Position numbers and translations under genes: made by a program. Under the pieces are notes generated by a model, which saw only the letters and a list, made by a program, of their open reading frames with translations, was not told the origin of the DNA and made no database searches. Below are positions 1-10,700 of a stretch of DNA of 35,831 bases, piece after piece (the stretch's first letter is position 1; each line of letters starts with the position of its first letter). Origin of the DNA: an uncultured virus (IMG/VR IMGVR_UViG_3300037297_000216). Taxonomy: Duplodnaviria > Heunggongvirae > Uroviricota > Caudoviricetes > Crassvirales. The stretch is taken from the IMG/VR virus record IMGVR_UViG_3300037297_000216; one strand, written 5' to 3'.

Positions 1-3000
1 CTAAACTTAGAGTTCTTCCTAAACTTACCCCCAACGTACTCATTCAGTATATCAAATCTTTCATTTAATAAATTAACAACATTTTCTGGAGCCCTCATAC
101 CTATATCCCCAAGTAATCCAGCCATATTTTTAAAATAATAACCATTTGCTTTAGCAAGATTCTTAGGACTATAATATTGTTTACCGAAAGCTTCAATAAT
201 TTGTAAACTACTACCTAATATAACATTAGCTGTCCCTTGAATAAAATTAGCACCTAGTAAATTTAAAGCTGTATATCTGTTTAATAAATCAACAGCTCTA
301 CCAAAGTCTATTTCTGCCCCAAATATATTTAATGTTCCTTCTTCTTTAGTTCTTTGACCATATACCACAGCATCAAACCAATCATTTAATTGAGCAGCAA
401 TAAGTGATTTATTACCACTTTCTACTCTTTCTTTACTTTTTAATGCTGCATCTTTAATAACATTACCTTTTGAATCTCTAGTAATAACTTCTCTATTATT
501 TATAAAAAATCTTGTCATTTCTAATTCTGGTAAGATAGCTACCTTTTCAGAATAATCTATAGTCATACTAAAGTATTTAAAATATATATCGGCTATATCA
601 TAAGATTGGTCTTTTACATCTAAACTACCAGTAAAATATATAGGTAAAAAATTAACAGGATTATTAGATTCATCTGTTATTTCTGTCCTATCCCCCCGTT
701 CCTCATATTCACTAGTTACGGCAAGACCTTTTTTTATAGTGCCTTTTAATAAGGTAGCTATATTATCACCAGCTTTTATTCGTTGATTAAAATCTTTCAT
801 AACTGCCGGTAATCTTAAATGTAACCTATGAGCATAAGGTAATAATCTTTGGTGTTCATCAATAGAATTAACTAAAAAGTTATAAAAATCTATCCTTGGA
901 TCATTAGCAACATTATCTCTAACTGCTTTTCGCTGCTCATCAATTGAAGCTTTTAAATTACCACCAGCCATCTTAACTAAACCAGACCATTGAGGGTTAT
1001 ACCAACCACCTTCTTTTCTTACTAAAGCTTTTTTCTTTGTATCAAATTCAAACCTATGCATAGTGTGAGGTTCTCTGTAATTTCTAGTATTCTCCACTAA
1101 CCAGTTTGTTATTAATTCTGAAGCTTTTTCATTTTTTACTATTTGATCTACTCTTTTCCATTTTTCTACTAATTCGGGGTTATTATTTATAAGTCTGAAT
1201 ATTTTATCATTATTTTTTATACCTTGAAACTCATCCTTAGTAATTAACTTTTGATCAACTAAAGTTTGAATATAATCATATTTAGCTTTTTCAAATTTTT
1301 TATATTTTAAAGGAGCATTCCAATTTTTCCATTGCCTCTTCCTTAAAATCATTTCATCAAAAGATATATGTTTTGCTTCAACTTCTGATTGTAAAAAATC
1401 ACCATATTTTTTATATTCTTCCCACATATCGTTTCGATATACATCTATTATATAAGGAGTAAAATTTCCTTTTCTGTCCTTTTCAATTAAAAATTCATAA
1501 AACTTCTTATCATCTTTTAATATACCTGATTTATCTTTTTGAAACTCCTCTAAAGCTCTTAATTTTTTAAGTAAAGCATTCCTAAACTCTATTTGTTTTA
1601 ATCTGGATTTATATTCTGTTTCAGCTACTGCTTTAGCTAATGCAGAAACTATTAAGTCTGGACTGTCCAAAACATTATCTAACCAACGCATCATTTGATT
1701 TATATCCCCATAAGCTTTGATTAATTCCTTTGATATAGCTTGTCTAGATTTTTCTTGTAATTCCTCAAATCTTATATCTAATTGTTCTGAAATATATTCT
1801 TCAACATCAATTTTATTTCTTTCAGCTTTTGAAAGTTTATTATACTCTTTTTCAATTATTTCTCTATACTTTGCAGCAATATGAGTACTATAAGGTAACA
1901 AAAATCTAGTAACAACATCTACTCCCTCGTCAATATAAGCTTGTTGTATTTCATTTTTCTGTTGTACAGCTTCTGTTAATTTTTCTAAATCTAAAGCATC
2001 AGCTAATTCACTAATCTCACTTTTAACCATACCACTCTTAGGAGACCTAATTACTGCTATTATTTCTTCAAGTAAATCAAACCCACTAACATAATCTTTC
2101 CAACGAGATAAAGAACGTGCATTAAAAGCATTCGTATCTCCTTTGTCTTTTTTACGCTTTAATTCCCCATAATTAGTGTATATTCGATTAGTTTCTTCAA
2201 TAGCAAAATCTTGAAAAGCTTTTAAACTTTCAATAGGATTATCTTTTAAACTTGATAACTTAACTAATGTATCTTCAAGTGTTTCAGCTTTTTGTTGTAT
2301 ATTCTTCTTCCTATATATAGCATATTTTTTACTTAAAGCTTCTTTTGCTTTCCTACGTAAACTTTCAACTTTACTTATTTTTTCAGTTGGTTCTACTTCA
2401 TATTCCCTTACCCGTTGTTCGTATGAAGTATCTAGTCGAAGTTGAGCTTCAAACACTTTAAATCTTCTTTGACCTACTACTATTTTAGCTAATGACCGAG
2501 CATCATTTTTTTCAAGACCTAACTTCCGTTTTAAACCATCAAATAACCACATTAGGAACTTTTCCCACCAAGTTCTTTCTTGATCTTCTTTAAACAACTT
2601 ATCTGTTTCTTCCCCAATTGCTTGAGCTAGTACTTCTTTATGTATTCTTTCATCAGTAGTATCTTCAAGATTAGCAACTGCAAGTTCCGGGTATAAGGCA
2701 TATACCCTTTTTTCTATTGGATGGCCTATTAATCTAGCCCTAGCTTCTTTTATTCTAGGATTATTCATACCCCCCATTACGTCAATAAGGAAATGCCCAA
2801 ATTCATGACCTACAGTGTCTGTAGTCCATTTATTAGGGTTGACTCGTATGGTTGTACCATTAGCTTCTAAAAGTCCAGCAGGAGCGATTGTATAGTCTTC
2901 TATGACATTTTTGATTTGAGGGAAAACTTTAAGCATTTTTGCTTTTTTCTTTTCAAAATCTGCCCTATTTTCTGGTGTTAGCTTGTCTTCTCTTTGTAAT

Positions 3001-4721
3001 TGTATATTTTTTAAATCTCGTTCTGGTTTAATTGTAATTTCAAACCATTCATTATTGTACTCATCTGTAATACGTTGAAAATCTGGATATAATTTCTTTA
3101 ATATATTTTGTATACGAATTTCATAAAATGCTTCAACGGGTTCAAGTTTTTCAATACTTTCTGTTTTTAAACTTTGTCTAACATTTTCTAAATCTTCTAT
3201 TTTTTTCTTATTTTCAATAACTTTTTGATTATAGTACTCAGAATCTAATTTATTTTTCTCTATATAAGAAATATCATTTTTTAAATTTTCTAATTTTTTA
3301 TTAACTTTCTTTAGCTGCTCTGCAATAGTTTCATGCCCTTCAATTTTAGCAGCAGTTTCACCTTTCGGGAACGCTACACGTTCATATCCTCGTTTAGCAC
3401 TATCTTGAATAATAGATTTAATAAAGAACGTAACCCAATTGTTATCTTTGTTTAGAAGTTGTAAAAATTGATTTTCTTGTGTACCTTGTTTATTTTCTAA
3501 CATTTCATCTGTAAATTCTGAAAAATTAGGGTTATCAATATCCTGAGCAACTAAATTAGTTTTATCTCTACCTTTCTGAAATAAATCAGATTGTATTTCT
3601 AGTATGCGTCTTATTTTAGTTTTACCTGATTCTTGAGATAATCCTGCACTAAATAGTGCTTCCTTATCTTTGTCTAATTGTTCATCACTCCTAAACCAAC
3701 CTATACCTTTATCTGTACTAAATTGAGCATGTCCTTTAATACTTGGTGTAATATCAGGAGTTTTAATCTCATTTTCAGTATAATTAGTACCACCTGAAAC
3801 TGTTAGATTTGAATAATATTGAGTGGGCCTTTTAGTTTTATTTAAAAACTCCTGTCTTGCTTTTTCATATTGTTCATAATCTATTTTAATATCATTTTTA
3901 TAGTACCAGCCTTCATCTCCATATACTTCTATATGATATTGAGCACCTTCAAACCTAAAAGATTCATTTGAATCATACTCTCCAACAGTTAGTGGAGTAT
4001 CAATTTTAACAGTATAACTATAACTAGCAGCAATACTAGCGATAATTTCATCTTTAGTCATACTATCTTTAGCAGATTCTTGGAATAACTGTATTTGTTC
4101 TTTTGGAACTCCAGCTTTTTGTAAATCATTTAACCAACCTTGTAATTTAGATTGTTCAAATTTATTACGTGGTATTTTATTTAAAGCGTCTATGATACGT
4201 AGACTATAATCAACTTTTCTATCTATATCTTCGACACGTTGTTCATACAGAGGCTTAATTTCGCCTTCTGTAACTTTTACGCCAGCTTCTACTTCACGTT
4301 CTTTAGCTTCTTCATATATACTATAATGCTTATCTAAAGCATCCTGACTGATATTTAATACAGCAGCTTTTGTCCTACCTATACCAAATCTTTCATTAAT
4401 TTTTGTAATAGGTATCATTTGAATAGACAATAAATCATTATAGAGTTTATTTATCTTTGGTATTTCAGCCCTAATAGAAGATATGTTCTTTAAATAAGTA
4501 GCATAATTACCGCCTGTTTTTATATGAACATTGCCAGCATATTTTGACAACTTATTTGGATAAGTTTTTAATAAATGATTTACAACATCTTCTTTACCAG
4601 TAAAAGGACCAAAATCAGGTACTTCATTACCATTTCTAATAAATAATCTATAAGCCTCAACTTTACCTACTTCTTTCAGTAATTCAGACCACTTATTATT
4701 TCTAACTGGACATACTGACAT
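1..4721 (-). CDS. Giant virion cargo/ejection protein, 3'-truncated by the window (>1573 aa), with an EIQSD-type polyvalent-protein module and a zincin metallopeptidase domain
   Basis: Absent from the ORF track, consistent with no stop inside the window. ATG at 4721 lies 1 nt after the TAA of the 4205-aa gene. Hand translation: MSVCPVRNNKWSELLKEVGKVEAYRLF... The same frame is open at every segment translated (about 4260-4080, 3840-3300, 3060-2760, 2640-2340, 60-3: ...ERFDILNEYVGGKFRKNSKF). HEFGH at 2807-2793 and EVLAQAIGE at about 2636-2610. Position directly after the RNAP gene matches crAss-like cargo gene order. Confidence 0.85.
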   Translation of the reverse strand, partial: MSVCPVRNNKWSELLKEVGKVEAYRLFIRNGNEVPDFGPFTGKEDVVNHLLKTYPNKLSKYAGNVHIKTGGNYATYLKNISSIRAEIPKINKLYNDLLSIQMIPITKINERFGIGRTKAAVLNISQDALDKHYSIYEEAKEREVEAGVKVTEGEIKPLYEQRVEDIDRKVDYSLRIIDALNKIPRNKFEQSKLQGWLNDLQKAGVPKEQIQLFQESAKDSMTKDEIIASIAASYSYTVKIDTPLTVGEYDSNESFRFEGAQYHIEVYGDEGWYYKNDIKIDYEQYEKARQEFLNKTKRPTQYYSNLTVSGGTNYTENEIKTPDITPSIKGHAQFSTDKGIGWFRSDEQLDKDKEALFSAGLSQESGKTKIRRILEIQSDLFQKGRDKTNLVAQDIDNPNFSEFTDEMLENKQGTQENQFLQLLNKDNNWVTFFIKSIIQDSAKRGYERVAFPKGETAAKIEGHETIAEQLKKVNKKLENLKNDISYIEKNKLDSEYYNQKVIENKKKIEDLENVRQSLKTESIEKLEPVEAFYEIRIQNILKKLYPDFQRITDEYNNEWFEITIKPERDLKNIQLQREDKLTPENRADFEKKKAKMLKVFPQIKNVIEDYTIAPAGLLEANGTTIRVNPNKWTTDTVGHEFGHFLIDVMGGMNNPRIKEARARLIGHPIEKRVYALYPELAVANLEDTTDERIHKEVLAQAIGEETDKLFKEDQERTWWEKFLMWLFDGLKRKLGLEKNDARSLAKIVVGQRRFKVFEAQLRLDTSYEQRVREYEVEPTEKISKVESLRRKAKEALSKKYAIYRKKNIQQKAETLEDTLVKLSSLKDNPIESLKAFQDFAIEETNRIYTNYGELKRKKDKGDTNAFNARSLSRWKDYVSGFDLLEEIIAVIRSPKSGMVKSEISELADALDLEKLTEAVQQKNEIQQAYIDEGVDVVTRFLLPYSTHIAAKYREIIEKEYNKLSKAERNKIDVEEYISEQLDIRFEELQEKSRQAISKELIKAYGDINQMMRWLDNVLDSPDLIVSALAKAVAETEYKSRLKQIEFRNALLKKLRALEEFQKDKSGILKDDKKFYEFLIEKDRKGNFTPYIIDVYRNDMWEEYKKYGDFLQSEVEAKHISFDEMILRKRQWKNWNAPLKYKKFEKAKYDYIQTLVDQKLITKDEFQGIKNNDKIFRLINNNPELVEKWKRVDQIVKNEKASELITNWLVENTRNYREPHTMHRFEFDTKKKALVRKEGGWYNPQWSGLVKMAGGNLKASIDEQRKAVRDNVANDPRIDFYNFLVNSIDEHQRLLPYAHRLHLRLPAVMKDFNQRIKAGDNIATLLKGTIKKGLAVTSEYEERGDRTEITDESNNPVNFLPIYFTGSLDVKDQSYDIADIYFKYFSMTIDYSEKVAILPELEMTRFFINNREVITRDSKGNVIKDAALKSKERVESGNKSLIAAQLNDWFDAVVYGQRTKEEGTLNIFGAEIDFGRAVDLLNRYTALNLLGANFIQGTANVILGSSLQIIEAFGKQYYSPKNLAKANGYYFKNMAGLLGDIGMRAPENVVNLLNERFDILNEYVGGKFRKNSKF
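2560..2940 (-). other. Zincin-like metallopeptidase domain (HExxH plus downstream E) inside the left-edge giant protein
   Basis: IRVNPNKWTTDTVGHEFGHFLID ... KEVLAQAIGEE, the layout of metallopeptidases in phage polyvalent proteins. Boundaries approximate. Confidence 0.75.
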
Positions 4722-4722
4722 A

Positions 4723-7700
4723 TTAACCACAGTTTTTAATTGATTCAACTAACTTCTTAAACTCATCAACAGGCATATTATTTGCTACTGCATTCTGTAA
4801 TTTATTATATTCTACGTCACTTAGAAATCCTGTAGGTATAAGTTGTATTAATTCTATTTGTTCATCTGAATAAAATGGAGATTCTTCTGTTATATCCTTT
4901 GTTTCAATTGTTTCCCTCACTTCATATTCTCTAGGTAATACTACATTATTTGGTATAAAATTCTTGAGTTGTTCAAACAACCCTTTAATTTCATCAGTAG
5001 AATAGCCAGCTAATGAACTGCCTAATTTAGCAACATAGAACTTTTTATTTGGATTATCTTTTGCAAATAATAACATATCTTGAATGCCTTTACCTATTTT
5101 ATTTAAAGGTATAGATTTTTCACCTTTTTTCAAATCTTTTGTAATAATAGCATAAGATTGCCCTTGTAAACCTTCTGCTTGACCATATTTAGCCCCAAAC
5201 CTTTGTTTAGCTATTAACGCAGCTCCTTTACCATGTCTGCCTTCAGTATTAGAACCAAATACAAAAACTTCATTTGATTTCAAAGATGTGATATTTTCTG
5301 GAGTATATTCTCTAACTACAGGAATTTCTTCAGGTATAACTTCTGTTTCAAAAAGAAATTCTGTTTGAGTTGCTTCAGATATTACTTCCTTTATCAGCTT
5401 AAAAGTAAATTGCTCATATGTACCTTCTTTTAACAATCTATAATATTCTTTTTCACTCCAACCTTCCAATTTACTCCACCATTTAGCTCTTAAAGGTACT
5501 AAATCTTTTTCAGAAGTATTCAACCCTTCAATAAGATCTTTTTCTTTATTACTAAATAATTTATCATAAATATCTTCATTAATAATATTAGATAATACTT
5601 CGTCTATAGGTTTAAAAGGACTAGTAACTTCAACATTAGCAACTCTACCTTTATCGTCATAAAATTGTATAACATCTCCATATTGCAAATTAAATTGATT
5701 ATAAGGCTTAGAAGTATTTCTGGTAGTTGCTATTCTATCACCAGATAAAATTAAATCCATAGTAGATTTTCCTTTAAACTCGGACCTCATTTCTCTACCA
5801 CCATCACCATCTTTAAATTTCATTGGTATTTTATATTTTACCTTTGAAATTTCTTTTTCTTCAACTGGAACTTCTGTTTCAACAACCCCCTCCTGCTTTC
5901 TATATTCAATATCACTACGATCATCTTTAGATACATAGTTTACATTTTCAAACTCTAATACCTTTTGTATTACTTTTTCTGGAAACATTTTAACATTATT
6001 ATCTTTAACAAGTGACCTATCACCTAAACCATATTCTTTAAATACATGCCCTTTTTCATAAAATCCTTTCTTATCTACCGGTCTATATAAAAGAACATTT
6101 CTATCATCTTCTGTAGCAATATACTCAGCTACATAGTCAACCGAATCATTTTTTTCTTTAGAATATACTTCAAATCGTATAAACCTTGAATATATTGGAT
6201 CTCCTTTATCTGAAAGTCCTCTATATAAATCTTTACTTTTATCTACTTGAAGAAGTGGAATTACTTTATCACCTTCTTTTACTTCTTTATACGAAATATT
6301 TTGTACTAAAGGTACAAATAAAGATGAATTATTTAAGTATACATCCCTTGTTAATCGTTCAACATATTCTTCGTCAATTTCTTCGTTTTGTAATTCTTCC
6401 CGTTTATTTTTTATAAAATCATTGTAAGAAATACTATGTTCTTTATTTACAAAATATGAAGGTACTTCAATAAAAAATTCTATAGGTATATTATGATAAA
6501 ACGAGAAACTACTTCGATTAAACCCTGACATATAGAAAGAATAATATACTAATTCCCTAGCTATTGTACGTATATTGTCATCTTCATGTTCCATTAATTC
6601 AGCCCAGGATTCAGTAATTGTATCTCTAACCCACTTGTCCCCTCTATCACCAGTTCTCGTACTAATATATCCTATATTAGTTTTAGTATTGAAAATAGGT
6701 ATTAATGTCTTTAAAAATGGATTTTTATTATAAAATTCAAGATTAGATTCTTTTAAATCATATAATCTTTTTGGTAAAGAATTTTTACCTTCAAATAAAT
6801 TTAATATATCTTCTTTAGATAAACCGAAACCATCAAGTGAAGTAAAATATTCTGATACTATAGAAGTAAATAATTCATCTTCTATTACTTTCATAATACG
6901 AGGATTTCGACTATTTACATTTGTATCACTTATAATCCTATCTACTAATGTATTAAATTGTTTAGTTGAAGATATCATTAACCCTGAATATACAGTAGAA
7001 ATGTAAGCCGCACTATTATCATGAAAAGTTTGTAAGAAAGATTCATTCATAAACTTATCAAGATTTAGAACATCATCTCTTAACATTAATTCTTCTAAAT
7101 TTACATTATATCTTTTTACAGCAGCTAAATTTTTACCTATTCCTCTAGTATCAGTTCTAGTACTTAATACTATTTTACTTAATAAATTAGCAGGCTCAAG
7201 CATTCTAGCGTATGCTTTTAATAAACCTCCTTGAGTAGCATACCACTTCCAATCTTTATCACCTTTTATAAAATTCTTATAAGTATTTTCACTGTATCCT
7301 AAAGCATTCTTTGGTAAAGCATTATAATTAAATATTTTTTCTACATCTTCCTTAGACATACCTTCCTTTTTAGCAAGATATACTGCCTTAAGTTTATTTT
7401 TTTCAGCAATATTATAAAGCTTATTTTTATCTTCCAAATCATATTTGTTATCTTTTATAAGAGGTTGATTTATAAACCAAAAAGTATTCTTACCAATACC
7501 TGATCGAAGTAACAATGAAACAACATTATAAGTAGTTGGTACTACATTTATATCAAAAATATAAGGATCTTTAGCTACATCAACATGAGCACTAATTAGA
7601 GCTGAAAACCAATCTAATATATTTATACCGTCTTTACCAATTATTCCTCCTACATTTACCCACTTACCGTCATTATTGCCTATAAGAAATTCCCTAAAAC

Positions 7701-10700
7701 TTCCATCTTTAAAATATTCCCTAAATTTTATCTTTAAATCAGATATTTGAGCTAATGCGTGATGAACATTATTTAATGCAAATGGCCCAATACCCCCTTT
7801 ACCTTCCGTATAATTAACTTTAGCTTCTATTTGATATGTTGGAGCTATTCCTTCTAATGACTGTAAAGATTTAGTTTTTCCTTCTAATTTTTTTAATTCA
7901 CTAGCTATTTCTTTCAAATCACTAGTAAAACGATCTAAAGGAGTTTTAGTATCCATTAAATGTTCCTCATTAGTAAATACTGTAAACATAGTATCTAATA
8001 ATCTGTTTTCTACAGCTTCTTTCGAATTTAAATCATAAACAGAAGTTTTTTTATTTTTATTAACCCATTCATCAAAATCAGGAATTTTATTTAAATCTTC
8101 AAGTAATGAATCTACTTGTTCGGGGGTTATATTTTTAATATTCCAATCATCTAATACTTCTTGTCGTAAAGACATTAAAGTATTTACCATACTTTTATAA
8201 TTCTCATTTGTTAATTCTTCAGCAAATAAAATACCATATTTTTCTTTATTAAGTAATATTTTTGAAGCTACTTTTTCTTTTACTTCTTGTAACTCTTCCC
8301 TTAAAAATATTTTATCTTGATATAATTGTTGGTATATACGTTCCCAAGTAGAAGCCTCTGTAACTAAATCACCTTCATCCCCTTCAATAAATTCTACCTT
8401 ATTTCCTTTTCTGTTATAATTATAACGAGCTATAAATATCTTATCAATATCAAAGTCAGACCCTGTTAATGCAGTAAATTCTGATGGTAATATAATGGTA
8501 TTACCTGTATTTTCTGGCAAAAAATCTTTAACTGAAAATACAACAACAGAATTAGGTCCTTGAGTAGGAATACGATAACCAATTCCTTCTAAATTCTTCT
8601 CTAACCATTTCTTCTTTTGTTCAAAAGTCTTTTTATTGTAATTAGGAATAACATCTTTAAACATTTGTACAGACATCATTACTTCCATTTTACCAGAAGA
8701 ATCTATTAAATTTAGTCTATCGCTTTCTACAGTATGTAGTCCAAAGTTTGATACTTGAATGTATGCATCCCCTTTTGATTTTAAATGAATAGTATGTTTA
8801 GTATTAAGAGCAATAAGTCTACTCTCTACCCATTTTCTATCTGGTAAAGTGTCTAACTGAATTCCTTCTTCTAAAGCTTCTATAACATTATAAGGCATAT
8901 TACCTTTAACAGCATCACTTCTTAACATTCGACGAAGTTTAACTTCATCTACTTTATCGTTTTCATCTATACCTAGTTTTTCTTTAAATTCAGCTTTGCC
9001 TTTATTTGATAACGCATTAAATGTTTTACTAATTATATTAGCTAATTCTTTACCTGTAATATCTCTACCTCTAAATTTATATACTTCTTTTTCAAGATGA
9101 AGGTTAGCGTATACCATTTTTCTAAGCTGCGTTCCAATTAATCTTTTAGAAGCTTCATGTACATCAGTTATTTGTTGTCTTCTTAAATTTCTAAAACTTT
9201 GTTTATGAACTACCTTTTTAATATCTTTTAAAGCTGTAGTATTAACACTACCATCAGATTTAAAATACTTTATACTGTCCCTATTACCAACTTTAACAGC
9301 AGAATCAAATTTAACGACATCAATCCCTTCTTCTCTCATCTTATCAATAAGAGGTCTTATTTTTGATTTTTTATCTATATATCTAGGTAATAAAACAGCC
9401 ATTGACATTTTGTCATATACAGGTATATTTAAATTGTTTGTTTGTTCGATTCCAAAATATACCGGCTTAAGAGGTTGCATTATTACTCCTGAAGCTTTCA
9501 ACTCTTCTTCTGGAGTTAATTCTTTATCAGACATTAATAAGTCAAAAGCATCCTGTTTACCTTTAGACCATTCTCCTATTCTAATAGAAAGCTCTCTATA
9601 AAACTCAGGAGTAATATACACCTGAGCATCAGTTACATCTACATTTTTATAAGCTTTCAATTTATCTTCGGCTAATAATAGAGCTGCTTGATCGGATATA
9701 TTTGGGTCTATTTTTTTTAATAATTTTATAAATTTTGGTTTTAATTTATTATATATTTCTTCACTATTATATTTTTGAGTAGCCAACGTAACTACATTAT
9801 ACTTAGTTTTACCAGCAAATTCTCCTTCTTTATAGTCTGTCCTGTAATTATCTCCAGGAGCAGCTAGCACACTAACTCTTTTAATAAAGTCATCAACAAT
9901 ATCACCATTAACTTTACTATGTTTATAAAAAGCAGGATCGCCTGATAACAACTTTTGAGTTTCAATAATAGACATCATATAAGAAGTAGTAAATTCACTA
10001 ATTATTGTGTATATTGCTTCACTTTCCCCTAATCCATACTTATCTTTATAACCTTTTATTACTTTTTTATCAAGTAAATTATTTGTATATATTTCTTTTC
10101 CACCAATTAATTTAATATTAATAACCCCTAATTCTTTAGCATAATTCAAAGAATCTCTAATTCTATCTTTTATTATTTTTTCTACTTTATTTAAATTATA
10201 AGTTGTTTTATTAAACTCTTTAAATAAAACAAATTTTAAAGCATTACCTTCAACAGGGTTACCATAACTATCAAATTTTTCATAATGATAATTCTCTATT
10301 AAACCTTTATATCCGTTCTTCTTAGCGTCTTCAATTTGTTGTTTTGCTTGATTTATCCTATTATACTCATCTTCTGCATACCCTTTAAAAACATCTATTA
10401 CTTTTTTAGGTATTACTATATTACCTTTCTCGTCTAATTGTATGTCAGAAAATTCTTCTTTTAATGTTTTAAATCCCTTATAAAAGAAAAATGAACGCCT
10501 GTCAGCTAAAGTAGGTAATGGTAAATAACCCTGTAAAACCGCATTAAGTTTTACTAAATAATCCATATCCCTAGATAACTCTAAATACCCAGTATTAGAT
10601 ATACCAGGAATTCTAAGAGCTGACATTGTAGTAACTTGAGGTTTAGTACCTTCGATTAATTCCTTATAAAACCTAGAATTTTTATTGTAAACAACTTTAC

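Noticed and set aside
2394..5313. Repeated REY/REYEV peptide around the macro-like domain and in the left-edge protein
   Set aside because: Too short and composed of residues abundant in these proteins to distinguish from chance.
8440..8457. Cellular RNA polymerase subunit (rpoB/rpoC)
   Set aside because: The motif is GSDFDIDK, not NADFDGD, and the context is a phage tail/cargo operon, so no cellular gene symbol was assigned.
7500..9700. Intein or group I intron in the RNAP catalytic region (common in crAss-like phages)
   Set aside because: ORF is continuous, catalytic motifs are normally spaced, there is no Cys for a canonical intein start, and no LAGLIDADG/HNH motif was seen.
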